From assembly GCA_046566045.1 (NCBI GenBank), contig JBKHXL010000066.1, positions 26,985 through 90,984 on the forward strand: DNA of 64,000 nt. The letters run 5' to 3'. Both the position numbers and the translations under genes were made by a program. Below are positions 37,118 through 47,008 of the stretch, one piece after another (position 1 is the first letter of the stretch; every line of letters starts with the position of its first letter). The stretch comes from Candidatus Limnocylindria bacterium (lineage in GTDB: Bacteria; Chloroflexota; Limnocylindria; Limnocylindrales; CSP1-4). A model generated the notes under the pieces. It saw nothing but the letters and a program-made list of their open reading frames with translations, ran no database searches and was not told the DNA's origin.

Positions 37118-37532
37118 GGGTGATCGGTTCCTTTCGGGGCGGGCGGCGTCTCGCGGTCGCGTCTGTCAGGCACGCGTCGACGCGGGACGGGATCCGGGTT
37201 CGCGAACGGTCTTTCTAGCACGGGTCGGCCCGCCGGTCAAACGCCGTGGCGGTCCGGTATCCGCATCGTGGCCGTCCGCCACGCCCTGGGCTCGAACTCG
37301 GCCGTTCCTACCAAACGCCAGCCGGGGTGGCCGTAGCCGGCGACCCTTGGCCATGCGCCACGCACCGCGACGTCTGGCAGGACGCGATCAGCGACCGGAG
37401 CGTGCGCATCCTCGGTCGCCCGGTCGGTCCTCGTCCAGCGCCACCACCAGTGGCGTATGGGCGGGACCGCAGGCGGTCGATCGGTCGCCGGCGCGAGACC
37501 TCGATCTCCGCGACAGGCGCGCGCCGCCGCGC

Positions 37533-38387
37533 TCAACCGCGCAGGAGCAGGTTCCAGGCGATGACCGCGACGCCGAGGATCCCGAGCAGCGCCGTCTGCC
37601 AGATCCAGCGCGCTTCGCGGCGCCGGGCCGGGGTCGCCCCGTGGACGGCGTCCCACAGGTAGAAGGCGAGGGTCAGCAGGGCGGGGCCCAGCAGGCGCGG
37701 GATCTCCATCGCCCGGACGGCCGCCGCGCCGATGGCGATGGCGGCCCCGTAGGTCGCCGCCGACCACAGCACGTCACGGACGCTGACGAGCCTGAGCGCC
37801 GCCACCCGGAAGCCGAGCAGCGCCGCGATCACCGCGTCCCCGGCGGCGAGCGCGATCAGGTCCGACTCGCGCAGCGGACCGCCGGCGGCACCCTCCGCGC
37901 CCGGCTGGGCAAGGCCCCCGAGGACGGTCGCGCCGACCCCAACGAAGCCCAGGAAGCCGACCAGCAGGACGGTGACCAGGACCGCCGCCCGGGCGTCGTC
38001 GTCGATGGGCGCGTCGTCGGCGCTGGCCAGGCGGGCCTCCAGGGCGAGGCTGCGCCCGACGATGACGTAGGTCAGGAGCAGGGCCGGGGCGAGCCACAGC
38101 CCGAACGGCACGAGCCGGATGGCGCCGACACAGGCGATGGCGGCCACGGACGGGATGATCAGGGACTCGACCGGGACGCCCAGCGTCCGGCCGCTGCGAG
38201 CGGCCTCGTCGCCGAGCACCTGGAGCACCCCGAGAAGGGTGGCGCCAAGGAGCAGGATCGCGACCAGCCAGACGACCGGTGGCTCGACCAGGCGCGACAG
38301 CCCGACCACGACCACGGCCGCCAGGGCCAGGTCGCGACGGGCCAGGCGATCGATGCTCATCGGGCCGATGGTAGGCGAGGCGCTCAT
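37533..38387 (-). CDS. hypothetical polytopic membrane protein (284 aa)
   Basis: Several hydrophobic helices. ATG at 38387 overlaps the polX stop (ATGA). Confidence 0.65.
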   Translation of the reverse strand: MSASPTIGPMSIDRLARRDLALAAVVVVGLSRLVEPPVVWLVAILLLGATLLGVLQVLGDEAARSGRTLGVPVESLIIPSVAAIACVGAIRLVPFGLWLAPALLLTYVIVGRSLALEARLASADDAPIDDDARAAVLVTVLLVGFLGFVGVGATVLGGLAQPGAEGAAGGPLRESDLIALAAGDAVIAALLGFRVAALRLVSVRDVLWSAATYGAAIAIGAAAVRAMEIPRLLGPALLTLAFYLWDAVHGATPARRREARWIWQTALLGILGVAVIAWNLLLRG

Positions 38388-40294
38388 ACCCGGTCCGGTT
38401 TGCCGGCCACCCACGCGAGCAGATCGGCCCGCGACCGGGTGTTGAGGACGCGGTCGGGCCCGACCCACGCCCGGCGGGCCTGGCTGACGCCCCACTCGAG
38501 GTGCTCGAACTCGCCGGTCTTGTGCGCGTCGGAATCGATCGACAGCAGGCAGCCGACCTCGACCGCGCGCCGGGCGCGCTCGACGGCGAGGTCCAGGCGA
38601 TGGGGCGAGCCGTTCATCTCGAGGACCGTGCCGGTCCGCGCGGCCTCCGCGTAGACAAGGTCCCAGTCCAGATCCAGGTCATCGCGGCCGTTGATCATCC
38701 GGCCCGACGGGTGGGCGATGAGGTCCACGTGCGGGCTGCGGATGCCGTTGAGGGTCCGCCGGGTCAGCTCCGCTCGCGTCTGGCGCCGGGACACGTGGAC
38801 GGACGCGACGACGACGTCGAAGCGAGCCAGCAGATCGTCGTCGTAGTCGAGCGTGCCGTCGGCCCGGATCTCCAGCTCGCAGCCGTGCAGCAGCCGGAAG
38901 CCCTCGGGCGGGGTCTCCGGCGGCGCGGTCCCGGCGGCCTCCTCCGCCGCGAAGCGGGCGTTGAGCTCGGCGATCACGGAGCGCTGGAGCTCGACCCGGT
39001 CCGGGGTGAGACCGCGGGCGATGGCCAGACTCTGCGAGTGGTCGGTCAGGACCTGGTAGGCGTGGCCGCGACGGCGGGCCGTCTCGGCCATGACCTCGAT
39101 CGAGTGGACCCCGTCCGACCAGTCGGAGTGGCTGTGCAGGTCGCCGCGCAGGTCGGCCAGCGTGACCAGCGGCGGCAGGGTGCCGGCGAGGGCCGCCTCG
39201 ATCTCGCCGCGATCCTCGCGCAGCTCCGGCTCGATGAAGGGCAGCCCCAGGAACGCGTAGGCCTCCGCTTCCGTGGCGAACGTCCGCAGCTCCGCGTCCG
39301 CGCCGGTCAGCGGCTGGCCCGCTGCGTCGATGCGCAGGAAGCCCTTCTCCGACAGGCTCCAGCCCATGTCCCGGGCGCGCTCGCGCAGCCGGACGTTGTG
39401 CTCCTTGGAGCCGGTGAAGTGGATGCGATACGTGCCGGCCGCACCGGGCGGCACGATCATGAGGTCCACCTGGGGTCCGCGCAGCAGGGCGATGGCCGCC
39501 TTGTGGCCGCCGCGGTTGATGACCGTGTCCACCACACCCAGGGTGGTGAAGCGCTCGATCAGCGCGGGACCGTCGGACGTCTCGGCCAGCAGGTCCAGGT
39601 CGCCGATCGATTCGCGTCGCCGCCGGAACGAGCCCGCCGGCTCGATCCAGGTCGTGCCGGGCGTGTCGGCGAGGGCCGCGATGATCCCGTCGAGGTGCTC
39701 GCGCGCTCGATGCAGGAGCAGCCGGTCGGGGCGCGCCTCCAGCCGGGCGATGCCCTCGATGATGAGCTGCTCGGTCTTGGCCGACAGCCCCCTGATCGCC
39801 CGCAGCTGACCCGCCTCGGCGGCGTGGCGCAGGTCCTCCATCGAGTCGATCCCGAGCTCGGCGTGGATGACCCGGACCGTCCTGGGCCCGAGGCCCGGCA
39901 GGCGCAGCAGGTCCACCAGCCCGGGCGGCACCTCGGCGGCGAGTCGATCGTAGAAGGCCAGACGCCCGGTCCTGGCCAGCTCGGCGATCTTGTCGCTGAT
40001 GGCCGGACCGACGCCCGGGATGCGCGGCGGCGTGCCCGCCCGGTAGGCGGCCACGAGATCGATCGGCGAGCGGCCGATGGTGTCGGCCGCCCGGTGATAG
40101 GCCACCGTCTTGAACACCAGCTCGCCCTTGATCTCGAGCATGTCGCCGATGTCGTGGAAGATCCGGGCGAGGTCCCCGTTGGTCAGCGGCCGGTCACCAC
40201 GGCCGAGGGCGTCGGGGTCGGCGTCGGGGAGATCGTGGGCGTCGACCGGCGCCGTGTCGGCCGGGTCGTCCGGAGCGTCGGACGGCGTGTTCAC
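38384..40294 (-). CDS. polX: DNA polymerase/3'-5' exonuclease PolX (Pol-beta-like core + PHP domain)
   Basis: HhH regions (IPGVGPAISDKI, LPGLGPRTVRVI), nucleotidyltransferase GSFRRRRESIGDLDLL, and PHP HSHSDWSDG. GTG start overlaps the upstream stop (GTGA). Confidence 0.9.
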   Translation of the reverse strand: MNTPSDAPDDPADTAPVDAHDLPDADPDALGRGDRPLTNGDLARIFHDIGDMLEIKGELVFKTVAYHRAADTIGRSPIDLVAAYRAGTPPRIPGVGPAISDKIAELARTGRLAFYDRLAAEVPPGLVDLLRLPGLGPRTVRVIHAELGIDSMEDLRHAAEAGQLRAIRGLSAKTEQLIIEGIARLEARPDRLLLHRAREHLDGIIAALADTPGTTWIEPAGSFRRRRESIGDLDLLAETSDGPALIERFTTLGVVDTVINRGGHKAAIALLRGPQVDLMIVPPGAAGTYRIHFTGSKEHNVRLRERARDMGWSLSEKGFLRIDAAGQPLTGADAELRTFATEAEAYAFLGLPFIEPELREDRGEIEAALAGTLPPLVTLADLRGDLHSHSDWSDGVHSIEVMAETARRRGHAYQVLTDHSQSLAIARGLTPDRVELQRSVIAELNARFAAEEAAGTAPPETPPEGFRLLHGCELEIRADGTLDYDDDLLARFDVVVASVHVSRRQTRAELTRRTLNGIRSPHVDLIAHPSGRMINGRDDLDLDWDLVYAEAARTGTVLEMNGSPHRLDLAVERARRAVEVGCLLSIDSDAHKTGEFEHLEWGVSQARRAWVGPDRVLNTRSRADLLAWVAGKPDRV

Positions 40295-41562
40295 GCCGCG
40301 ACGACGCGGTCGCGACCGCCGCGCTTGGCTCGGTACATGGCTCGGTCCGCGGTGGCGATGAGGTCCTCGATGGGCGCGTCCGGCTCGGTCGCGACGGCGA
40401 CCCCGACCGACACGCTCACGCCATCCACGCCGTGCTCGCGCAGATCCAGGTTGCGCACGGCGGCGCGGATGCGCTCGCCGACCTCGATGGCGACGCCCGG
40501 ATCCGGGTTGCGCAGCAGGACCACGAACTCCTCCCCGCCGAAGCGCGCCGGGACGTCGTCCTCGCGCACGGCCGTGACGATCGCCGCGGCCACGGCGCGC
40601 AGGACCTCGTCACCCACGCCGTGTCCATGGGTGTCGTTGAGCACCTTGAACCTGTCGATGTCGACCATCAGGATCCCGACCGCGTCGCCGGACCGGCGGC
40701 GCCTGGCCGACAGCGAGACGTACTCGTCGAAGTAGCGCCGGTTGGGCAGGCCGGTCAGGGCATCGGTCGACGCCCTGGCCTCCGCGTCGAGGACCGAGTA
40801 CGCGCGGGCCAGCGCGGCCGAGGCCTCGGAGGCGGCAGCGTCCAGCATCCGCTGGGTCGCCTCCGGCCAGGGTCCCGTCCGCCGCGAGAGGACGATCGCG
40901 CCGATGGCGCCCCCAGCGGCCGTGAGCGGCGCCGCGATGGGATGCATCAGGCCGTAGACCGTGCGCAGGCGCCGGGCGATGCGGGCGGGCGAGTCCTCGC
41001 CGCCGGCCGCCTCCAGGTCATCGAGGGGGAGCAGCGTCGTGCTGTCCGGGACTCCGGGTCGGGAACTGACCAGGCGCGCCTCCAGGACGCTGGCGTCCGG
41101 TCGTCGACGGACGAGCACGATGTGGTCGGCGCCGGTCACGTCGCCCAACTCCTCGACGATGGCCGAGACGATGGCGTCCGGCGACACCGATCGTGACAGG
41201 CCGGACAGGATCCGTGCGAACGAGGCCGCCTCACCGGCCCGACGCCGCTCGACGTCGGCCATGCCCGTGGCGTACACGCGCACGGCGACGCCGGCCACGA
41301 GGAGGAGGAGCAGGAGGATCCAGTCGAGCGGCCGGCCGCCGTCGTCGGCGACCGACAGGAGCACGATGCCGGCGATGCCGATCGCTGCCGCGAGGAAGAC
41401 CTGCCAGGCCCGGCGGATGCGCTGATCCGACGGTGTCCGAGGTTCGGGCGGTCGCTGATGCGGTGCGGTCACGTCGGAAGTGAAGGATGGCGGTCCGGAC
41501 GGTCCACGTCCACTCCCCGGAGGGGTACGGTCGGCGATCCGGGACCAGTACTTCTGGGTCAT
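40291..41562 (-). CDS. membrane-anchored diguanylate cyclase (TM - GAF-like - GGDEF)
   Basis: Active site RFGGEEF, with the I-site REDD five residues upstream. Two N-terminal TM helices. Confidence 0.9.
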   Translation of the reverse strand: MTQKYWSRIADRTPPGSGRGPSGPPSFTSDVTAPHQRPPEPRTPSDQRIRRAWQVFLAAAIGIAGIVLLSVADDGGRPLDWILLLLLLVAGVAVRVYATGMADVERRRAGEAASFARILSGLSRSVSPDAIVSAIVEELGDVTGADHIVLVRRRPDASVLEARLVSSRPGVPDSTTLLPLDDLEAAGGEDSPARIARRLRTVYGLMHPIAAPLTAAGGAIGAIVLSRRTGPWPEATQRMLDAAASEASAALARAYSVLDAEARASTDALTGLPNRRYFDEYVSLSARRRRSGDAVGILMVDIDRFKVLNDTHGHGVGDEVLRAVAAAIVTAVREDDVPARFGGEEFVVLLRNPDPGVAIEVGERIRAAVRNLDLREHGVDGVSVSVGVAVATEPDAPIEDLIATADRAMYRAKRGGRDRVVAA

Positions 41563-41578
41563 CCGGCGGGCCGGCCGC

Positions 41579-41644
41579 GGGACCGGAGGCGGCGTGGGCC
41601 GGTGGCGAGGGCCGGTAGCGTGGGACCGGAGGCGTGGGACCGGA
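41579..41644. repeat. three copies of GGGACCGGA in the spacer between the two diguanylate cyclase genes
   Basis: Copies at 41579-41587, 41622-41630 and 41636-41644. The last two belong to a 14-nt-period tandem duplication of the 13-nt unit GCGTGGGACCGGA (copies at 41618-41630 and 41632-41644, separated by a single G). Confidence 0.6.
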
Positions 41645-41685
41645 CGCGCGCGGGATCGGAGGCGAGCCCCTCGCCCGGGGATCGA

Positions 41686-43854
41686 TCAGGCGGCCGCGCC
41701 GTCCGATGCGGCTGCGGCCTCGTGGCCGCCGTCACGCTTGACCCGGTAGAGCGCCGCGTCAGCTGCGGCGATGAGGTCCGTCGCCGTCCGGGCATCGGCC
41801 GGGAAGGTCGCGACGCCGATGGACCCGGCCAGCGGCACGGGGCCGCGCTGTTCCCCGACGAAGGGCTGATCGCGGAAGGCCCCGAGGATCCGCTGGGCCG
41901 CCGTGCGCGCCTCCTCGGAGTCGGTGTCGGGCAGGATGACCGCGAACTCGTCGCCGCCGTAACGCGCCGGGATATCCGACGCGCGCAGGGTCGATCGGAT
42001 GAGCTCGGAGCACCACACCAGGAGGCGGTCGCCGAACAGGTGCCCGAATGTGTCGTTGACCAGCTTGAAGTCGTCGAGGTCGAGCATGAGCAGGCTCAGC
42101 GGTCGCCGTGCGCGCTGGGAGCGCACGACCTCCTCTCCAAGGCGCTCGTGCAGGAATCGGTGGTTGTAGAAGCCGGTCAGCGGGTCCCGGTCGGCGAGCT
42201 TGCGCGCGTCCTCGTACAGGCGAGCGTTCTCGAGCGCCATGGCGGCCTCGTTGGCCATCGTCCGGGCAAGGTCCAGTTGCTCGCCGTCCCAGCGTCGCGG
42301 GCCGCGCGAGAACAGCTCGACGAGACCGATCGACTGGCCCTTGGCGACGAGCGGCAGCATCGCCAGCATCTGGTTGCCGTCGCGCGTGAGGAGCTCGACC
42401 TCGGCAGCGTCCGCACGCGGGTCGAGGGCATCGATGATGACCGTCTCCTGGCGCTCCAGCGCGCGCAGGGTCTCCGGGAAGCCCTCGACCAGGAAGTACG
42501 GCTCCAGCTTGTCGATCCCCAGGGCGGGGTAGTAGCCCAGTGACTCGACCCGGCCGGTCGGCCGGTCCCAGTAGCTGATGGCGCATTCGTCGGCATGCAA
42601 CGCCATGGCGAGATGGCCCGCGATCAGGTTCGCGACCTGGCGAGGATCCAGGCTCCCGGACAGGTCGCTCGACATGGCCAGCAGGCGGCGCAGCTCACCC
42701 GCAAGTTCCCGTGAGCGGGTCAGCAGTCGGGCCGACTCGAGCGCGGTGGCCGCCTGGTCGGCGAGGATCGTCAGGAGCTGCAGGTCGACCTCGGTGAAGC
42801 CGTCGAGCCCAAGGCGCGACAGGGTGATCACGCCGACGGTCACACCGTCGTAGGCCATGGGGACCACCAGCATCGACTCATCGATGTCGTCGGTGCCGGC
42901 CATCGGCTGGCCGCGCGGGTCGGCGGCGGCGTCGTTGACCAGGAGCGGCTCACCATGGAGCGCCACCCAACCGGTGAATCCCTCGCCGACCCGGCAGCGC
43001 AGCAGCGCCGGATCGACATGCTCGAAGGCGCCGACGCGTCCCTCGACGGCGATCGGCACGACCTCGTCGGGTGGCTGGATCAGGTGCACCCGCGCGTTGT
43101 GGTACTCGATGATGCGGCGCGCCTCCTCCACGACGGTCCGACCGACACCCTCCACCGAGCCGGCCCGCGTCAGGCGTGCCGAGGCGGCCTGGAGGGTGGC
43201 CAGCTGGGTGGCGCGCTGCTCGGTCTGGGCGAACAGCTCCGCGTTGGTCAGGGCGATCGCGACGTGGTTCGCCAGCGTGGCCATGAAGGCCACGTCGCCT
43301 CCGCTCCAGGCGCGCGGGACGGCGGTGCAGGCTTTGAGTGCACCGATCACCTGTCCGTCGTGGATGAGCGGCGCCGCGATCGCGCCCGCCCAGTGGACCG
43401 ACGGCTCGTAGCGGTCCATGCCGTGGCTCGGGTCCGTTCGGGCGTCGTTCCAGGTCGTGACCCGGCCGTTGCGGACGACCTGGCCGGCCCAGCCCTCGTC
43501 GAGGACGAGTTCGGGCAGGCGGGCGGCCGTGGCGTCATCGATCCCGGCCCACGCTGCGACGCGCAGCCGACCGCCATCGAGGACGCGGATGGTGACGTTG
43601 TCCGCGTGCAGGCCCCAGCAGGTCTCGTCGACGATCATGCGCAGGAGCGCGCCCCGATCGTGCGACGCCGCCAGGCGCTCGGCGATGCCCAGGACCGTGT
43701 CGAGGCGGTCGGCCAGTTCCGCCTCGAGCGACCGGGGCGGCGCAGCGGCCGAGCCGCCAAGGAGTCGGCGGAAGAGCGCCGGCCGCGCTGACCGGGCAGC
43801 CGGGGACGACCGCCCCGCGGGGGGCGTCGAGGTGGGGCCGTTCCGCGCGCTCAT
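41686..43854 (-). CDS. multi-GAF diguanylate cyclase (GAF x3 - GGDEF)
   Basis: RYGGDEF with I-site RASD. Repeated GAF-like segments. Start is MSARNGPT at 43854 (uncertain). Confidence 0.9.
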   Translation of the reverse strand: MSARNGPTSTPPAGRSSPAARSARPALFRRLLGGSAAAPPRSLEAELADRLDTVLGIAERLAASHDRGALLRMIVDETCWGLHADNVTIRVLDGGRLRVAAWAGIDDATAARLPELVLDEGWAGQVVRNGRVTTWNDARTDPSHGMDRYEPSVHWAGAIAAPLIHDGQVIGALKACTAVPRAWSGGDVAFMATLANHVAIALTNAELFAQTEQRATQLATLQAASARLTRAGSVEGVGRTVVEEARRIIEYHNARVHLIQPPDEVVPIAVEGRVGAFEHVDPALLRCRVGEGFTGWVALHGEPLLVNDAAADPRGQPMAGTDDIDESMLVVPMAYDGVTVGVITLSRLGLDGFTEVDLQLLTILADQAATALESARLLTRSRELAGELRRLLAMSSDLSGSLDPRQVANLIAGHLAMALHADECAISYWDRPTGRVESLGYYPALGIDKLEPYFLVEGFPETLRALERQETVIIDALDPRADAAEVELLTRDGNQMLAMLPLVAKGQSIGLVELFSRGPRRWDGEQLDLARTMANEAAMALENARLYEDARKLADRDPLTGFYNHRFLHERLGEEVVRSQRARRPLSLLMLDLDDFKLVNDTFGHLFGDRLLVWCSELIRSTLRASDIPARYGGDEFAVILPDTDSEEARTAAQRILGAFRDQPFVGEQRGPVPLAGSIGVATFPADARTATDLIAAADAALYRVKRDGGHEAAAASDGAAA

Positions 43855-43990
43855 CACCGGCCATCGTCCCACCCGGACCGCCGTCGGAGCGCCCGCCAGC
43901 GGTACCGGTCGGGGAGGTACGGAGGTCCGGTGTGACGAGCCACGCGACCGGCGCAGGTACCATGGCGCGGGACACCGAGAGGGAGGGACG

Positions 43991-45988
43991 ATGACCGACG
44001 AGCCGCGCGACCCAGACGCGGTCGCGACCAGGACGATGCGCTGGCGGTTCGCGACACCAGGCTGGCTGATCACGATCCTGGACATCATCGCGTCGCTCGT
44101 GGCTGCCATCGCGGCGCTGGCGATCCGCTTCGACACGACCGACCTGACCACGGCCGTGGCCCCCTACCTGCCGGCGGTCCTGCTGCCGGTCCTGATCCGG
44201 CCGTTGGTCCTCGCGGCGCTCGGCCTTCATCGGCGGGAGTGGCGCTACGCGTCCGTGCGCGACATGGTCGACCTCGTGCGCGCGGTCATCATCGGCTCCG
44301 CCATCATCGCGGCCGTCTTCGTCGTCATGTCGGCCGTCGACGCCCCCGGGACCAATCCGTTCCCGCGCTCGTTCTTCCTGCTCGAGCCCGTGCTCTTCCT
44401 GGCCCTGACCGCGAGCATCCGGATCGTGGCCCGCAGCACTCTCGAGCGCTCCGCGGGTCGCGAGACCAAGCACGCGGAGGTCCGAACGCTGGTGTACGGC
44501 GCCGGGAACGCCGGGTCCATCGTGGCCAGGATGGCCACGCCGGCCGGCCTGCGAGGCATGCGCATCGTCGGCTTCGTCGACGATGACCGCCGCAAGCACG
44601 GTTCGCGACTCCTTGGCCATCGGGTCTACGGCGGCCTGGACGACCTCGAGTCCGCGGTCGCGCGGTCGGGCGCCGAGCAGCTGCTGATCGCCATCCCATC
44701 CGCGGCAGCCAGGCCGGTGCGTCGCGCCGTGGAGGCAGCGCGGGACCTGGGGCTGACCGTCAAGATCGTGCCGCCGCTGCGCGACATGGTGACCGGGCAC
44801 TTCCAGGTCACCGGGATCCGCTCGGTCAACGTCGAGGACCTGCTGCGCCGGGCCCCGATCACGATCGACTACGAGGCGGTCGCGGGCTCCATCAACGGTG
44901 CGTCGGTCGTGGTGACCGGCGGCGGCGGATCCGTGGGCAGCGAGCTCGTCCGGCAGATCCTGAGCCTCGGGCCACGCGTGCTCACGGTCGTGGAGCACAA
45001 CGAGTGGGCACTCTGGAGCGTCGAGCGCGACATCGCCGCCATGCGTCGCGAGGCCGACGGGGTCCACGTGGTCGCAGCACTCGCCGACGTGCGCTCGATG
45101 CATGCCCTGACCGCCGTGCTGCACACGGCCAGACCCGACGTCGTCTTCCACGCGGCTGCGCTCAAGCACGTCCCGTATGTCGAGTCCTACCCGTCCGAGG
45201 GCGTGCTGACGAACGTGCTCGGCACGCGCAACGTGCTGCGCGCCTGTGAGGACATGGGCATCGCGCGCTTCACGCTCATCTCGACGGACAAGGCGGTCGA
45301 GCCGGTCAGCGTGATGGGCGCGACGAAACGGTTGGCCGAGCAGCTCACGGTCGCGGCCGGTCATCGCACGCAGCGCGCCTACGCCGCCGTGCGCTTCGGC
45401 AACGTGCTCGGGTCGAGTGGCAGCGTCGTGCCGCTCCTGCAGCGCCAGCTCGACGATGGCCTGCCCCTGACCATCACCAATCCGGATGCGACCCGCTACT
45501 TCATGACCATCGCCGAGGCCGTCAGCCTGATCCTGGAAGCCGCCGCCGATCCCTCGCCGGGCGACGTGCATGTCCTGGACATGGGTGAGCCGGTCAAGAT
45601 CATGGACCTTGCCCGCGACCTGATCAGGCTCAACGGCATGAACATCGACGATGTGCCCATCAACGTGACCGGCCTGCGACCCGGCGAGCGCCTGCACGAG
45701 AAGCTCTTCTACGATGACGAGGTCGCCGAGCGGACCCGACACCCCGGCATCCTTCGAGCGGCCCGGAGCAGTTCCGCGGCCATCGAGGCGCAGATCGAGG
45801 CCTTCGTGGACGAGGTGGTGGTCGCTGCCACCGCGCACGATGATGCCGCGGTACGTGCGCTGCTGCGCCGGTCCGCCGCCCTTACCGGGATGACCAGCGA
45901 GGCCGCGCTGTCGACCTTCGGCGCCATCGCCGCGGCGGAGGCTCAGGCGCTGATCGCCGGCGCGCCGCACGGACGGCCGAACGCCTGA
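43991..45988 (+). CDS. membrane-bound polysaccharide biosynthesis protein CapD/WbpM/PglF type (UDP-HexNAc 4,6-dehydratase-like)
   Basis: GGGAGGGA RBS. N-terminal TM helices. Rossmann motifs YGAGNAG and VVVTGGGGSVGSEL. VMGATKRLAE. Confidence 0.9.
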   Translation: MTDEPRDPDAVATRTMRWRFATPGWLITILDIIASLVAAIAALAIRFDTTDLTTAVAPYLPAVLLPVLIRPLVLAALGLHRREWRYASVRDMVDLVRAVIIGSAIIAAVFVVMSAVDAPGTNPFPRSFFLLEPVLFLALTASIRIVARSTLERSAGRETKHAEVRTLVYGAGNAGSIVARMATPAGLRGMRIVGFVDDDRRKHGSRLLGHRVYGGLDDLESAVARSGAEQLLIAIPSAAARPVRRAVEAARDLGLTVKIVPPLRDMVTGHFQVTGIRSVNVEDLLRRAPITIDYEAVAGSINGASVVVTGGGGSVGSELVRQILSLGPRVLTVVEHNEWALWSVERDIAAMRREADGVHVVAALADVRSMHALTAVLHTARPDVVFHAAALKHVPYVESYPSEGVLTNVLGTRNVLRACEDMGIARFTLISTDKAVEPVSVMGATKRLAEQLTVAAGHRTQRAYAAVRFGNVLGSSGSVVPLLQRQLDDGLPLTITNPDATRYFMTIAEAVSLILEAAADPSPGDVHVLDMGEPVKIMDLARDLIRLNGMNIDDVPINVTGLRPGERLHEKLFYDDEVAERTRHPGILRAARSSSAAIEAQIEAFVDEVVVAATAHDDAAVRALLRRSAALTGMTSEAALSTFGAIAAAEAQALIAGAPHGRPNA

Positions 45989-45994
45989 CCCGGA

Positions 45995-47008
45995 TCAGGG
46001 AGTGGCCGGCGTGTCCATCCCGCTGCGCCGCTCGACCAGGGCCGCGTAGAGCACCCCCGCCCCGAGCAGGGCGAGCAGTGCCACGAGCTGGGCCGGGCCG
46101 GGCATGGCTGGCCAGGCGACGGCGAGCAGTCCTGCCGAACCCGTAGCGCCCACATACCCGGCCGCGACGGCGCGATGGGAGGCACCGCCCTGCACGGCGC
46201 GCTGGTACAGGTGCTCACGGTGACCCGCGAACACGTCCTTGCGGGCACGGGCCCGACGCACGAGCGTGAACCCGGTGTCGAACAGCAGCGGGGCGGCCAC
46301 GATCAGGGCGGGCATCACGTCCACCGGCCCGTCGCGGGCCATCAGCAGCGCGGCACCGAGCATGAGGCCCAGGAAGTGGCTCCCGACGTCGCCCATGAAG
46401 ATGGACGCCGGCGCCCAGTTCCAGGCGAGGAACCCGGCGCACGCCGCGGCCAGCGGCACGACCAGCGGCCAGCCCGGGGCGCCGACCACGGCGATGAGCG
46501 CGACGGCCGCGACCAGGCTGACGCCACCGACGAGGCCGTCGATGCCGTCCATGAAGTTGACGGCGTTGACCAGCGCCGTGAGGCCGAGGGTCGCCACGAC
46601 GACGGCCGCGGGCCCGTCGATGAGCAGCCCCACGTCGCCGATCGCGAGTCGGAGCGACGGCCCGATGGCGACAGCCACGACAGCACTCGCCGCGAGCTGG
46701 GCCAGGTACTTGCCGAGGACGCTGGTCCGCCACAGGTCATCGGTCAGGCCCACCGCGGCCAGCGCGACCGCGGCGGCCATGACGATCACCGCGACGGGAT
46801 CGCCCGGGCCGTCCGCGACCAGCCAGCCGGTGGCGGCCCCGGCGGCGATGCCGAGGCCGCCGATGCGGGGTGTCGGGATCACGTGCGAGCTGCGCTCGTT
46901 GGGCACATCGAGCAGGCTCCGGCGTCGAGCGATCGCCTCGACGATGCGCGTGACCGCGGCGGCCGTCACGGCGGCAACGACGACGACGAGGAGCCAGCGC
47001 TCGATCAT
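45995..47008 (-). CDS. polyprenyl-phosphate HexNAc-1-phosphate transferase (MraY/WecA/WbpL family)
   Basis: NFMDGIDGL motif, IFMGDVGS, and an 11-TM-like profile. Confidence 0.9.
   Translation of the reverse strand: MIERWLLVVVVAAVTAAAVTRIVEAIARRRSLLDVPNERSSHVIPTPRIGGLGIAAGAATGWLVADGPGDPVAVIVMAAAVALAAVGLTDDLWRTSVLGKYLAQLAASAVVAVAIGPSLRLAIGDVGLLIDGPAAVVVATLGLTALVNAVNFMDGIDGLVGGVSLVAAVALIAVVGAPGWPLVVPLAAACAGFLAWNWAPASIFMGDVGSHFLGLMLGAALLMARDGPVDVMPALIVAAPLLFDTGFTLVRRARARKDVFAGHREHLYQRAVQGGASHRAVAAGYVGATGSAGLLAVAWPAMPGPAQLVALLALLGAGVLYAALVERRSGMDTPATP

Noticed and set aside
31634-37123. A 1829-aa ORF on the + strand, the longest in the track.
   Set aside because: It runs antisense across three well-supported minus-strand genes (DUF885, the 953-aa protein, the TPR protein). 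Its translation is monotonous Arg/Gly/Ala/Pro/Asp low-complexity sequence without any recognisable motif. This is a typical stop-codon-poor shadow frame in high-GC DNA.
37198-37207. A perfect 10-bp palindrome GTTCGCGAAC upstream of the TPR gene.
   Set aside because: Dozens of 10-bp palindromes are expected by chance in 64 kb of this composition. There is no second copy nearby.
37285-37305. A tRNA T-loop-like string (GGGCTCGAACTCGGCC; GAGTTCGAGCCC on the reverse strand).
   Set aside because: The flanking bases do not form a T-stem, and no acceptor or anticodon arms can be drawn. I found no tRNA, rRNA, tmRNA or RNase P-like sequence in the window by eye.
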